A stretch of 64,000 nucleotides of DNA from Bacteroidales bacterium (GCA_045576355.1 JAZNGG010000005.1:2419-66418); one strand, 5' to 3'; positions 12,548 through 22,671 are shown, numbered from the stretch's first letter. Notes: generated by a model not told the origin, from the sequence alone. Numbers and translations are program-made.

Positions 12548-13063
12548 TTATTCGCCTCTTTCACCCAAGGTCTTAAGCACACCATGGATTGTGTTTGCGC
12601 CACTCTGCAATGCAGAAATAACGTTCTTTGCAGGAGACTGAAGCAATGCAACAACATCTGCGATAAGTTCGTTCTTGCTCTTGATAGCAACAAGAGTTTC
12701 AAGTTGGTCAGCACCATAGAAGCACTCTTCTACGAAAGCACCCTTCAACGAAGGAACACCAGCCTTACCCTCATCCTTAATCAACTTAGCAGGAACATTA
12801 CCTACGTTACAGAACATGATTGCGCTAGTACCACGGAATGCACTTTCGATTGGAGAGTAGTCAATACCTTTGTTCTTCAAAGCCTGAATAAACAAAGTAT
12901 TCTTCACCATTACAAGCTTAACCTCCTTTGCATAACATGAACGACGCAATGCACCGGTCTTTTCTGCATTCAAGCCAGCGATGTCAGTCACATAGAAATG
13001 AGCGTACTCATCCAAGAGAGCTTCCAACTTCGCGATTTGAAGGACTTTATCTTCTTTCTTCAT
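12548..13063 (-). CDS. rplJ: 50S ribosomal protein L10
   Basis: VKNTL motif and operon position. Confidence 0.97.
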   Translation of the reverse strand: MKKEDKVLQIAKLEALLDEYAHFYVTDIAGLNAEKTGALRRSCYAKEVKLVMVKNTLFIQALKNKGIDYSPIESAFRGTSAIMFCNVGNVPAKLIKDEGKAGVPSLKGAFVEECFYGADQLETLVAIKSKNELIADVVALLQSPAKNVISALQSGANTIHGVLKTLGERGE

Positions 13064-13076
13064 AGTCGTTTAATTT

Positions 13077-13772
13077 TTAAGCATCAATAGACTTAGCGTC
13101 GATCTTAATACCGGCACTCATCGTACTTGAAAGGAAAATGCTCTTAATATATGTACCCTTGGCTGTAGCAGGTTTCAACTTGATAAGAGTCTGAACGAAC
13201 TCACGAGCGTTCTCAACGATTGCCTCTGGAGAGAATGACACCTTACCGATTGAAGTATGAACGATACCGCCCTTATCAACCTTAAAGTCAATCTTACCTT
13301 GCTTAACCTCCTTAACGGCCTTAGCAACATCCATAGTCACTGTACCAGATTTGGGGTTAGGCATCAAACCACGAGGACCGAGAACACGACCCAAAGCACC
13401 GATCTTACCCATGCAAGCAGGCTGAGTAATGATCACATCAATGTCAGTCCAACCGCCTTTGATCTTCTCGATATACTCATCAAGACCTGCATAGTCTGCA
13501 CCAGCAGCCAAAGCAGCAGCCTCTTGATCAGCAGTACAAAGAGCCAAAACGCGTACAGACTTACCGGTACCATGAGGCAATGAAACAGTACCACGAACCA
13601 TCTGGTTTGCCTTACGGGGATCTACGCCCAAACGAACGTCAATATCCACCGAAGCATCAAATTTAGTAAAAGTAATTTCCTTCACCAAAGCAGCAGCTTC
13701 AGCAAGGGTGTAGACCTTACCTGCTTCAATCTTAGCAGCGGCCAACTTCTGATTTTTAGTAAGTTTTCCCAT
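13077..13772 (-). CDS. rplA: 50S ribosomal protein L1
   Basis: [18 protein letters not shown] motif. Confidence 0.99.
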   Translation of the reverse strand: MGKLTKNQKLAAAKIEAGKVYTLAEAAALVKEITFTKFDASVDIDVRLGVDPRKANQMVRGTVSLPHGTGKSVRVLALCTADQEAAALAAGADYAGLDEYIEKIKGGWTDIDVIITQPACMGKIGALGRVLGPRGLMPNPKSGTVTMDVAKAVKEVKQGKIDFKVDKGGIVHTSIGKVSFSPEAIVENAREFVQTLIKLKPATAKGTYIKSIFLSSTMSAGIKIDAKSIDA

Positions 13773-13787
13773 TGTTACAATTGAAGT

Positions 13788-14228
13788 TTAAAGTTCAGGG
13801 AATTCACCCTTAACAGAAATACCCATACTACGAGCCGTACCGGCAACCATAGTCATGGCTGATTTCAAAGTAAAACAATTCAAGTCAGGCATTTTCTCAG
13901 TTGCGATAGCCTTTACCTGATCCCAAGTCACCTCAGCAATCTTCTTACGGTTAGGCTCTGCAGAACCGGTTTTTGCCTTTGCAGCCTCAAGCAATTGGAC
14001 AGCTACAGGCGGTGTTTTGATGATAAAGTCATAAGACTTATCAGTGTAGTAAGTGATTACTACAGGCAACACCTTACCAGCCTTATCTTGGGTACGTGCA
14101 TTAAACTCCTTGCAGAAGCCCATGATATTGATACCCTTGGAACCAAGAGCAGGACCTACCGGAGGAGCCGGATTTGCAGCGCCACCTTTGATTTGCAACT
14201 TAATTTGTCCAGCAATTTCTTTTGCCAT
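13788..14228 (-). CDS. rplK: 50S ribosomal protein L11
   Basis: [12 protein letters not shown] motif. Confidence 0.99.
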   Translation of the reverse strand: MAKEIAGQIKLQIKGGAANPAPPVGPALGSKGINIMGFCKEFNARTQDKAGKVLPVVITYYTDKSYDFIIKTPPVAVQLLEAAKAKTGSAEPNRKKIAEVTWDQVKAIATEKMPDLNCFTLKSAMTMVAGTARSMGISVKGEFPEL

Positions 14229-14339
14229 TTGTAATAAGTTAATTAAAAAGTTTATATAGCCACTCAGTCAAACAGGATTGCTTCCATCGAACTTTACGTA
14301 ACCAAGTTTCCCGGTACAAACTCCCTTCTGAATCCGGCT

Positions 14340-14888
14340 TTATTTCGTAACCTGATTAAAGTTAAGCTCCAATGGAGTTTTACGTCCAAAGATCTTAACC
14401 CACACAATAAGTTTCTTCTTCTCGTTATTAACCTCTTCGACCTCGCCATCAAAGTCCTTAAATGGACCATCAATAACTTTTACGGCCTCTCCCACCTTAA
14501 ATGAAACATTTGCTTCATCTTCAGCAGAAGATTTCTCATCGAGATTACCTAACATACTCGCGATCTCATCATCGCGAAGAGCCTCGGGTTTCTTTGAGTT
14601 GCGTCCGCACAAGAAATTGATCACATTGGTCGTTCCGGCCAATATGTTCTGAACCTCTCCTGTAAGGATACATCTCACAAAAACATATCCAGAGAATAAA
14701 ACCTTCTCCTTTTCAGTCTTCTTTCCGGTAGCAGTCTGAGTAATCACTTTTTCGGTAGGCACCACAATCTCTGAAACGAAATTGCCGAGATCTCCATTAC
14801 GGATCTCTGCTTCAAGTGTCTCTTTGACTTTCAACTCTTTTCCACTGATAGAGCGAAGCACATACCAACGAAATTTCTGTTCTGCCAT
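14340..14888 (-). CDS. nusG: Transcription termination/antitermination factor NusG
   Basis: NGN domain plus KOW domain (VKVIDGPF..IFGRKTPLEL). Confidence 0.97.
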   Translation of the reverse strand: MAEQKFRWYVLRSISGKELKVKETLEAEIRNGDLGNFVSEIVVPTEKVITQTATGKKTEKEKVLFSGYVFVRCILTGEVQNILAGTTNVINFLCGRNSKKPEALRDDEIASMLGNLDEKSSAEDEANVSFKVGEAVKVIDGPFKDFDGEVEEVNNEKKKLIVWVKIFGRKTPLELNFNQVTK

Positions 14889-14897
14889 TGCCTCAAA

Positions 14898-15104
14898 TTA
14901 GAATTTAAGCGTACCTGTATAGATCAAAGACATCAGGACATTTCCGAAAGCCAAATCCATAACAAGGATTACGAGCGCAATAATCACGGAAGCAGACAAT
15001 ACGACTACTGAGCTGCTTGTGACCTCGTTAAGAGATGGCCAAGAAACTTTATTTACAAGTTCCGAATAAGAATTCTTTACGCTATTAACTAGTTTTTTCC
15101 ACAT
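14898..15104 (-). CDS. secE: Preprotein translocase subunit SecE
   Basis: ELVNKVSWP followed by one TM helix; synteny. Confidence 0.95.
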   Translation of the reverse strand: MWKKLVNSVKNSYSELVNKVSWPSLNEVTSSSVVVLSASVIIALVILVMDLAFGNVLMSLIYTGTLKF

Positions 15105-15123
15105 AGTTCTATAATGTTTATTG

Positions 15124-15196
15124 CACGGGTGGAAAGGTTCGAACTCTCGACACCTGGTTTTGGAGACCAGTGCTCTACCGACTGAGCTACACCCGT
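15124..15196 (-). tRNA. tRNA-Trp(CCA)
   Basis: Cloverleaf ACGGGTG..CACCCGT with anticodon loop CT-CCA-AA and a GTTCGA T-loop. Confidence 0.97.
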
Positions 15197-15258
15197 AGAA
15201 ATACGAATTACCAACTTTTCAAGCCGGTAATTCGCACTTTTATAATCTTTTTTAAGGA

Positions 15259-16440
15259 TTAGTCGAGGATTTCAGTTACCTGACCAGAACCTACGGTACG
15301 ACCATCTTCGCGGATAGCGAAACGGAGACCCTTATCCATAGCAACCGGAGTAATCAAAGTAACATCGATAGTTACGTGATCACCAGGCATTACCATCTCA
15401 ACACCTTCCGGCAACTTGATCTCACCAGTTACGTCCATTGTGCGGAGGTAGAACTGAGGACGATAGTTGTTGTGGAATGGAGTATGACGGCCACCCTCTT
15501 CTTTCTTGAGGACGTAGATCTGAGCCTTGAAGTGATCGTGAGGAGTTACAGTGCCAGGTTTGCAGAGAACCATACCACGCTTAACTTCGTTCTTATCTAC
15601 ACCACGGAGGAGAAGACCAACGTTATCACCAGCCTCACCCTGATCGAGGAGCTTGCGGAACATCTCAACGCCTGTAACAACAGACTTCTTGTCCTGACCC
15701 AAACCGAGAAGCTGAACTTCATCACCTACGTGAATGACACCAGTTTCAATACGACCGGTAACAACAGTACCACGACCAGTGATTGAGAATACGTCCTCAA
15801 CAGGCATCAAGAACGGTTTGTCAAGAGCACGAGGAGGCAACTGGATCCAGTTGTCAACAGCATCCATAAGTTCCATTACCTTATCCTCCCACTCAGCTAC
15901 ACCGTTAAGTGCACCAAGGGCAGAACCGCGAACGAACGGAGTGTCATCTTCAAACTCATACTGAGCGAGAAGGTCACGCATCTCCATCTCTACCAAGTCA
16001 AGCATCTCAGCATCCTCAACAGCATCACACTTGTTGATAAATACAACGAGACGGGGAACGTTTACCTGACGAGCGAGAAGGATGTGCTCACGAGTCTGAG
16101 GCATCGGACCATCAGTAGCAGCAACTACGATGATAGCGCCGTCCATCTGAGCAGCACCAGTAACCATGTTCTTCACGTAGTCAGCGTGACCAGGACAGTC
16201 AACGTGAGCATAGTGACGATTAGCAGTCTGATATTCAACGTGTGAAGTGTTGATAGTAATACCACGCTCTTTCTCTTCAGGTGCGTTGTCAATCTGATCG
16301 AATGAACGAACCTCAGAAAGGCCCTTCTTACCCAATGTAGCTGTGATAGCAGCAGTCAAAGTAGTTTTACCGTGGTCAACGTGACCAATAGTACCGATGT
16401 TCACATGCGGTTTCGAACGGTCAAATTGTTCTTTTGCCAT
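15259..16440 (-). CDS. tuf: Elongation factor Tu
   Basis: Motifs [17 protein letters not shown] and NKCD. Confidence 0.99.
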   Translation of the reverse strand: MAKEQFDRSKPHVNIGTIGHVDHGKTTLTAAITATLGKKGLSEVRSFDQIDNAPEEKERGITINTSHVEYQTANRHYAHVDCPGHADYVKNMVTGAAQMDGAIIVVAATDGPMPQTREHILLARQVNVPRLVVFINKCDAVEDAEMLDLVEMEMRDLLAQYEFEDDTPFVRGSALGALNGVAEWEDKVMELMDAVDNWIQLPPRALDKPFLMPVEDVFSITGRGTVVTGRIETGVIHVGDEVQLLGLGQDKKSVVTGVEMFRKLLDQGEAGDNVGLLLRGVDKNEVKRGMVLCKPGTVTPHDHFKAQIYVLKKEEGGRHTPFHNNYRPQFYLRTMDVTGEIKLPEGVEMVMPGDHVTIDVTLITPVAMDKGLRFAIREDGRTVGSGQVTEILD

Positions 16441-16511
16441 AGTTCTAAGAATATATTAAAGTGTTAGTTATTTATGTTTCCAAATATACTTAGGTTTGAA
16501 TCCTTTTCGAG

Positions 16512-16583
<72 letters not shown>

Positions 16584-16592
16584 AACATCTTG

Positions 16593-16665
16593 AGCGGTAA
16601 ACGAGACTCGAACTCGCAACATTCAGCTTGGAAGGCTGACACTCTACCAATTGAGCTATTACCGC
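16593..16665 (-). tRNA. tRNA-Gly(TCC)
   Basis: GCGGTAA acceptor stem; anticodon arm TCAGC-CTTCCAA-GCTGA. Confidence 0.97.
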
Positions 16666-16742
16666 ATTCGGGGTTTCTTTTCGACTAAAAAGAGTTTGCA
16701 CCCGGCAAACCGATAGACTTAATGTTTCTCGTTTTGCGGGTG

Positions 16743-16750
16743 CAAAGTTA
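16743..16750 (-). promoter_or_regulatory. -7 box of the tRNA-tuf operon promoter
   Basis: TAACTTTG matches the TAnnTTTG consensus, about 80 bp upstream of tRNA-Gly. Confidence 0.7.
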
Positions 16751-16848
16751 TAGATTATTTCCGAATCCCAAAAGAAAACCGACTTTTTTTTAGCAAAAAA
16801 GATAAAAAAATTAGGTTTTCAGACATTTTCATTCGGACTTTTACCTGT

Positions 16849-17142
16849 TTATGATTGTTTTTTCTCTTTGGATTTAATTATTTGTCTTTCCAAAGCCTCA
16901 ACCACCTGCCCTACTGCATCCTCATAAACTTCGGTTTGACGAGAAGCATAAAACTCTTCGTCGCCTGCCAATATTTTAACTCCGATTTCCTTGTCTGCCT
17001 TATCGGATGTATTGATAATGCGAAGTGTGACCTCTGCCGTACGAACATCTGCAAAACGCTCCAGTTTGCTCAACTTCTTTGTAATGTACTCATTCAAAGA
17101 TTCAGACTTGTCAAAATTGACACATTGAATTGTAATCTTCAT
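16849..17142 (-). CDS. hpf: Ribosome hibernation factor HPF/RaiA
   Basis: S30AE-like protein of 97 aa in the conserved Bacteroidetes xerC-hpf-tRNA order. Confidence 0.9.
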   Translation of the reverse strand: MKITIQCVNFDKSESLNEYITKKLSKLERFADVRTAEVTLRIINTSDKADKEIGVKILAGDEEFYASRQTEVYEDAVGQVVEALERQIIKSKEKKQS

Positions 17143-17157
17143 AGTCTTTTAAATTTT

Positions 17158-18057
17158 TTAGGTTTTCTTTTCAGCTCTTGGGTGAGCTTGTTTATAACTC
17201 TCTAAGATCTCCTGAGGGGTCATGTGTGTATAAACCTCCGTAGCTCCCAATGTGCTATGTCCCAACAGTTCTTTTACAGCCATCAAGTCAGCACCATTGT
17301 TCAGCATGTTGGTCGCAAAAGAGTGTCGCAACACGTGTGGTCCTCGTTTAGATAACGTTTTGACACTCCCTAAATATCGTCTGACGATATTATATACTCG
17401 ATGGACTCCCAGTGGCTCTCCTTCCGGTGTGGTAAAAAACGATTCGGTTGCTCCTCCCACTTCCTGATTTCTTGCCTCGATATATTCAGACATCAATTGC
17501 CTCAGTTCATACCCGAATGGGATCTGCCGCTGCTTGTTGCCCTTGCCGGTAACGGTAATCACCGCATTGGCAAAATCGATATCGTTATCTCGCAGCGAGG
17601 CTATTTCCGCCCGACGCATACCCGTAGAATATAACATATCAATGAGCAATCTGTCTCGCAAAGCCGAGAAACCCACTCCATATTCCACCTCATCAAGCAC
17701 AAACTCCATCTGTTCTTCACGGAGCCAGACCGGTAAAGGTTTAGGGACTTTCGGAGTAGCTAATAATCTAAGAGGATCTTTCTCCACGAGCTGTTGTCGC
17801 CGCAAATATTTATAGAAACTGCGCAACGCGCAAAGCCGTCTTTTTACACTACTCACCGCCAAATGCCTCTTCCCCATATCTGCCATCCATGCTCGCACAA
17901 GGTTCAAATCGGGATGCAGCGGATCAAACTCGCCACACAAGCCGGTTACGAAGTCTTCAAACTGTGTAAGATCTTGACGATAGCTTCTCATGGTGAGCTC
18001 CGAATAGTTTTTTTCATAACGGACATACCGCAAAAAAGATTCTATCCTTGCATCCAT
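17158..18057 (-). CDS. xerC: Tyrosine recombinase XerC
   Basis: Motifs TGMRRAE, GKGNKQR, PHVLRHSFAT and LLGH..TEVYTH. ATG at 18057 preferred. Confidence 0.9.
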   Translation of the reverse strand: MDARIESFLRYVRYEKNYSELTMRSYRQDLTQFEDFVTGLCGEFDPLHPDLNLVRAWMADMGKRHLAVSSVKRRLCALRSFYKYLRRQQLVEKDPLRLLATPKVPKPLPVWLREEQMEFVLDEVEYGVGFSALRDRLLIDMLYSTGMRRAEIASLRDNDIDFANAVITVTGKGNKQRQIPFGYELRQLMSEYIEARNQEVGGATESFFTTPEGEPLGVHRVYNIVRRYLGSVKTLSKRGPHVLRHSFATNMLNNGADLMAVKELLGHSTLGATEVYTHMTPQEILESYKQAHPRAEKKT

Positions 18058-18197
18058 TGACCTATCAAATGATTTCTTGCCCCGAAAGTAGTCTTTTTTT
18101 TCTAATTTACAAAACTTTTTTCTTTTTTTCCTACACATATATAATATAGTTACATTTTTTTGGCTATTTTTGCGTCGTTAAATATTCATTTTTAACC

Positions 18198-19328
18198 ATG
18201 TTATCTTCTACCGGCCAACACCTATTCATCTTATTGAGACAATCTCTTTGGCAAAACGCAGACAAAGAGATGCATCTCCTTGCCGGCCTACCCACATCTG
18301 AGTGGGAAAACTTACTACAACTCTCCGTCAGCCATGGAGTGTCTGCCATTGTCCACGATGCGTTCTCGTCATCATCGCCGGATTCTGCCCCCCAACAGAA
18401 ACTCCTGATGAAGTGGACCGGAATCACCATAAGACAAGAACAACTCTCTCTATCCCTATCCCGTGCACTAACAGAAATGCACCATCGCCTTCTCGCCAAA
18501 GGGATCGACAACACCCCATTTAAGGGTGCTGCCCTTGCCGCATGTTATCCCCGGCCACTACATCGCCAATATGGAGACATCGATCTCTACATCAAGTCTG
18601 CACATCGGAAAGAGGTCGCTGCGTTGATCACAGCAGACGGCGGAGCACAAGAAAAGGAACTCGCCATCCTGCACGACACTTACAAATATAAAGAGATCCT
18701 ATGGGAATTTCATTTCCGCACCCTCTATCTTGCCTCTTGTCGTAACAGAAAGACCCTGCAGAAAATGGAAGAGAGATATTGTCGTAAGACTCAACTCTCC
18801 TCATTTACCTTAGAGGGAGAGACACTCCCATCATTTCCTCCCATTTTCAACATCATCTATCTGACCGGACACATCGGCAGACATCTTTTAGCCGAACAGA
18901 TCCATTTAAGACAAATATGCGACTGGGCAGTTGTCCTACACCACGAGCGAACAGCTCTCGGCATCGGTGAGCAGACTCTGCTCGAATATTTAGACGACCT
19001 CGGGATGACACGGCTTTACCGAGCTCTCGGACACATTGCAGTCCATTATTTCGGATTCGATGCTGCCTCCCATGCCGGGCTGGATCATCTCTCCGAAAAA
19101 GATGCTCGCCGAGGAGACTTCATCCTGCAAAGCATCCTCGACGGACATTTTCCTCATTGCAAACCTTATCAAGCGCACAGTCCCAAAGAGTCATTCATGA
19201 CCAAAGTAAAAGCATTTTGGCAACTGGTGCGCCGATGCCGGGCCATGCGGGACATCTATCCGCGAGAGAGTTTTTTCACCCCATTCGCAGCTTTAAAAAA
19301 CGCCATCTTAAGAAGGACACGAAACTAA
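18198..19328 (+). CDS. Nucleotidyltransferase family protein (NTP_transf_5-like)
   Basis: Motifs FKG..LA..YP....RQYGDIDL and LRQICDW. Confidence 0.85.
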   Translation: MLSSTGQHLFILLRQSLWQNADKEMHLLAGLPTSEWENLLQLSVSHGVSAIVHDAFSSSSPDSAPQQKLLMKWTGITIRQEQLSLSLSRALTEMHHRLLAKGIDNTPFKGAALAACYPRPLHRQYGDIDLYIKSAHRKEVAALITADGGAQEKELAILHDTYKYKEILWEFHFRTLYLASCRNRKTLQKMEERYCRKTQLSSFTLEGETLPSFPPIFNIIYLTGHIGRHLLAEQIHLRQICDWAVVLHHERTALGIGEQTLLEYLDDLGMTRLYRALGHIAVHYFGFDAASHAGLDHLSEKDARRGDFILQSILDGHFPHCKPYQAHSPKESFMTKVKAFWQLVRRCRAMRDIYPRESFFTPFAALKNAILRRTRN

Positions 19329-19343
19329 TTTACCTCACAAAAT

Positions 19344-19754
19344 ATGATTATCAAACAAATATCCGTACACATCAAAAACAAAGCCGGTTACAGCTGGCAA
19401 GTTTTTCAAGCCCTTGCAGATCAAGGCATAAATATACTTTCTTACAGCATCGCCGATAGCGTAACTCAGGGAGAAGGAATCCTCCGACTCATCGTCGATA
19501 ACATCAAGCAGGCCAATAAAGCACTGCAAGATGCCGGGTTTGAAACTCAACTCCACGATGTGTATTCTCTCAATTGCCCTAACGAACCCGGCGCCATGGC
19601 CAAAGTGCTGCATCGACTGGCACAAAAAGGGATCTCCATCAACTATATGTACGCATTCCAATATATGGGCATCTCCCAGTCCATCATACATGCTCAAGAG
19701 ATGGAGCAACTTAAGAGCGTCCTCTCCGAATACGAAAAGGAGAGACTTTTATAA
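19344..19754 (+). CDS. Tandem ACT-domain protein
   Basis: Motifs KQISV..NKAG, GINI and NEPGAMAKVL..GISINYMY. Confidence 0.88.
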   Translation: MIIKQISVHIKNKAGYSWQVFQALADQGINILSYSIADSVTQGEGILRLIVDNIKQANKALQDAGFETQLHDVYSLNCPNEPGAMAKVLHRLAQKGISINYMYAFQYMGISQSIIHAQEMEQLKSVLSEYEKERLL

Positions 19755-19809
19755 AAGACCTGACGGCCTAATGACCGATTTAGGTTAAAAAGACTCCGTT
19801 GCGAGAGTC

Positions 19810-19903
19810 TGAAAATCAGATCATAATGCACCTAAAGGTTGAGTTGAGCCTGTGCAACGGCACACAGAATAGCCGCTAAAAATGTAATGTAAAGCCGTTT
19901 CAT
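19810..19903 (-). pseudogene. 5' stub of a secreted protein (DUF5020-like)
   Basis: Translates as MKRLYITFLAAILCAVAQAQLNL*VHYDL. Reading the TAG (19832-19834) as CAG gives a NLQxHYD motif typical of DUF5020 mature N-termini. Confidence 0.5.
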
Positions 19904-20135
19904 TGTGTCATTCATTTATAGTTAAACTTCGTCGGTTAGAAAAATCTTTATAAGGTATAAAACCATACCCAACAGTAAGACCGGTCGCATGATCATAATC
20001 ATAGACATGGCAAATATAGAAATAAAAAAACAAAATCATCTCTCTTTTAAGATAAATATTATGATGACCTCAATTATTCATTGTTTGAAAACCTAAAGGA
20101 TTGAGCAATCAAAGGGTTCAAGGACTGAAACGCCA

Positions 20136-20645
20136 CTATGGCAGACCACTATTGTTAAAAAAACATTATACCTCTTGACATCGGCTTTCGGAGGTAGTAT
20201 CTTTGTTTTGTTGGTGGAGAATAAATAAGGAGAAATGTGAAAGGAGAAAGGAGCAAAGAGGAGCCATCTGCCATCGCCATCAGCCTTAGCAGGCGCAGCC
20301 CCATGCCATAGTAAAATAAATATAGCGAGGATAGATCATGTCTATCTTCGCTATATTGGTTTATAACTCATTGACATTGAAAGCCATACACCATACGTTG
20401 AATACCAAATACGCGTAGCCTCGTTACATCATGAGCGTAGCCTCGTTGCATCATGAGCGTAGCCTCGTTGCATCACGCGAGTATCGAATGTGATGATCCG
20501 GCTACGGGAGGTGTAAAACCAAACCCGATGCTACAGGAAATAAAGGTAATAATGTCTCCATATTTTCACTCGCACAACACACGGCAACTACCATCTTTTG
20601 CTAAGTAAGAATTACAAATGAGCGTTAATAAATCGTAATATAATT
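20136..20645 (+). repeat. ~510-bp non-coding element, copy A
   Basis: Collinear, diverged reverse-complement match to 47170-47672 along its whole length. Confidence 0.88.
20413..20476 (+). repeat. Three 22-bp tandem repeats GCGTAGCCTCGTTGCATCATGA
   Basis: Units start at 20413, 20435 and 20457. Confidence 0.95.
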
Positions 20646-20665
20646 CGCCAAACACGTCAGAATAT

Positions 20666-20703
20666 AAAAACAAAAATGGCGCGACCTTCACAGGCTGCGC
20701 CAT
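20666..20703 (-). terminator. Intrinsic terminator downstream of the HTH gene
   Basis: ATGGCGCAGCC-TGTGAA-GGTCGCGCCAT followed by TTTTTGTTTTT on the minus strand. Confidence 0.75.
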
Positions 20704-20826
20704 CATTGTGAGAAACTAGTTTATTACAATTCGTACATCGGCATAGGTAGGCCGATTCTACTAAATTTCTCCTCACATCCTTTCAAATCTAACATAAACA
20801 AAGGATGCAAATTCGATTCGGAAACA

Positions 20827-21117
20827 TTACGGAAAATTATTTTTACTCACATCACTTTCTGTTTGCAGTAGGACTTCTAAACTACCCGAAGTTTGCTCTT
20901 CCTCCAAGCGTTTTCGCTCCTGAAATTCGAGGATATCTCCGGGCTGACAGCCCAACACCTGACATAGCGCCTCAAGCGTCGTAAAACGCACTGCCTTCGC
21001 CTTCCCCGTCTTCAAGATCGAAAGATTGGTCGGCGTCAGATCTATGCGTTCAGCCAAATCTCCCAATGAGATTTTTCGCTTAGCCATGACGACATCAAGA
21101 TTTACTACGATTGGCAT
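20827..21117 (-). CDS. Cro/C1 (XRE, YozG-like) HTH regulator
   Basis: NLSILKTGKAKAVRFTTLEALC..L.CQPGDILE; -7 box TATATTTG at 21152-21159. Confidence 0.92.
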   Translation of the reverse strand: MPIVVNLDVVMAKRKISLGDLAERIDLTPTNLSILKTGKAKAVRFTTLEALCQVLGCQPGDILEFQERKRLEEEQTSGSLEVLLQTESDVSKNNFP

Positions 21118-21412
21118 TTTATCAATTCCTTTATGAACCTTTTTCAGTGTGCAAATATATATAAAGTATTTTAATTTTACAAGTTATTCGATAAATATTT
21201 TATGAATTACATTTAATTTTATTTGTTTTTCGACATTTAGTTAAGACCGAAAAAGTGTGCTTTCATGTGGTTATTCTATTTTTCCATTACACAAAACGCA
21301 AAGTGTCCACAATGCCTATTTATCAACACTGCAGACACATACTTTATCGATTTTATTATTTATCGGGCACTAATAATTTCTTTATTTTTCTTGAATGTAA
21401 AAATATAATTGC

Positions 21413-21772
21413 TATCTTTGCACCATCCTTACGCCGAATACTTTTTCAAAGAAGTGAAGGGTGGGGATGGACATATAAATGGCGTTTGCTTAACGCTTTG
21501 GTTTGACGTCTCAAGAATCTCGCAAATTCTTAAACATTTGTCAAAACAAAGCAACGGTGAATGTCCCTTGGGTATGTTTACATGAATACTCATTGATATG
21601 CCTGATATTTTGTATAAAGTTACAAATGTTAGGACATGTCGTGGGTATGTTTAAACATATTCGGCGTGGGGCTTTCTTGCGTTGCTCAGTTCGACAAATG
21701 GGGCAATGCGAGAGCCTTTGAGACGTGGATTGAGTGACGAGCGATAGATTCCCACGTCTTTTTTGTATATGT
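21413..21772 (+). ncRNA. Promoter and candidate structured 5' leader/attenuator (leader 1)
   Basis: TATCTTTG box at 21413-21420, several long-range complementarities, and a stem plus T-run at 21721-21764. Confidence 0.55.
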
Positions 21773-21858
21773 ACCTCAAACATTGTTAGAATTGCACTAT
21801 AGGGAGTCGGTGCCTTTGTTATTGGCAATATTGCACCAAAACTTAATAATTTTTCTTT

Positions 21859-22659
21859 ATGAAAAAACTTTTAATTCTTTCTTTGGCTACTATGGCCGTG
21901 TTTTGTGTTTCATCTTGTAGTGATGATGAAGACGCTCCCAAAATTCTTCCAGATTCAGTTCAAATGTATCACGGAGAAACAAAACAATTAGTTTATACCG
22001 GAAACTCTAATTGCTCGTGGTCATCTGATGATTCTCGAATTGCTTCAGTGACAATTGATGGAACTGTAGAAGCTGATCTTATTGGAAAAACAACAATCTG
22101 GGCAGATAAAGCGAAGTGTAGTGTAGAAGTATTACCTTACTACACCGAGATTGCACTCCCCATTATGAATTGGGGTGTAAAACCCAATATTGTTATCGAA
22201 CAAATGAAAGCAAATAAAGACTTCATTAGTTATACTTTGGAGTCACAAAGCGCAAATGAATTATTATACTCGACTAATGATGCGTCAAAAAAAGCTTACT
22301 TTTATTCTTACGGGTTTAATAATTATAGTTTAAACTATGTAACAATTTGCTCTCTGTATCCGGACTATGTAATTGATTTTGTACTTGAGCGTTATGAATA
22401 TTTAGGAACACTGACAAGCGGTGAGTATTTATTCCAAACTCTTGACGAAAAGAATATAGTTATTTTGTGGTGGGAATGGTATGATTTCGGAGAGGTTGCA
22501 TGGCTTCAATATCAACCGAATACTAAATCTGCTACAAATGCAATTGAAAAGCTCACAAATATACCGTATTTCGGGGCTAAATTAGCGGATGATACCAAGC
22601 AAAATAATACTTTCCATTCAAATATTGAAAAACGCTTAAAAATTAATGCTAACAAATAA
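21859..22659 (+). CDS. Surface lipoprotein with an Ig-like (Big_2) domain
   Basis: Lipobox VSSC followed by acidic SDDED; WSSDDSRIASVTIDGTVEA..GKTTI. Confidence 0.8.
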   Translation: MKKLLILSLATMAVFCVSSCSDDEDAPKILPDSVQMYHGETKQLVYTGNSNCSWSSDDSRIASVTIDGTVEADLIGKTTIWADKAKCSVEVLPYYTEIALPIMNWGVKPNIVIEQMKANKDFISYTLESQSANELLYSTNDASKKAYFYSYGFNNYSLNYVTICSLYPDYVIDFVLERYEYLGTLTSGEYLFQTLDEKNIVILWWEWYDFGEVAWLQYQPNTKSATNAIEKLTNIPYFGAKLADDTKQNNTFHSNIEKRLKINANK

Positions 22660-22671
22660 AACAATAGCAAA

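Noticed and set aside
16695-16746. 10-bp inverted repeat as an invertible promoter
   Set aside because: One arm overlaps the -7 box instead of flanking the promoter, so it is better explained as a pre-tRNA leader stem.
17158-18057. Tyrosine recombinase near tRNAs as a prophage or ICE integrase
   Set aside because: Its size, motifs and xerC-hpf-tRNA-tuf synteny indicate housekeeping XerC; no att duplication of a tRNA end was seen.
20413-20476. 22-bp repeats (also 34840-34970 and 47352-47409) as a CRISPR array
   Set aside because: The units are contiguous with no 25-40-nt unique spacers, and there are no cas genes in the window.
21255-21828. Short ORFs at 21255, 21503 and 21541
   Set aside because: They overlap a promoter and the structured leader and have no protein-like features.
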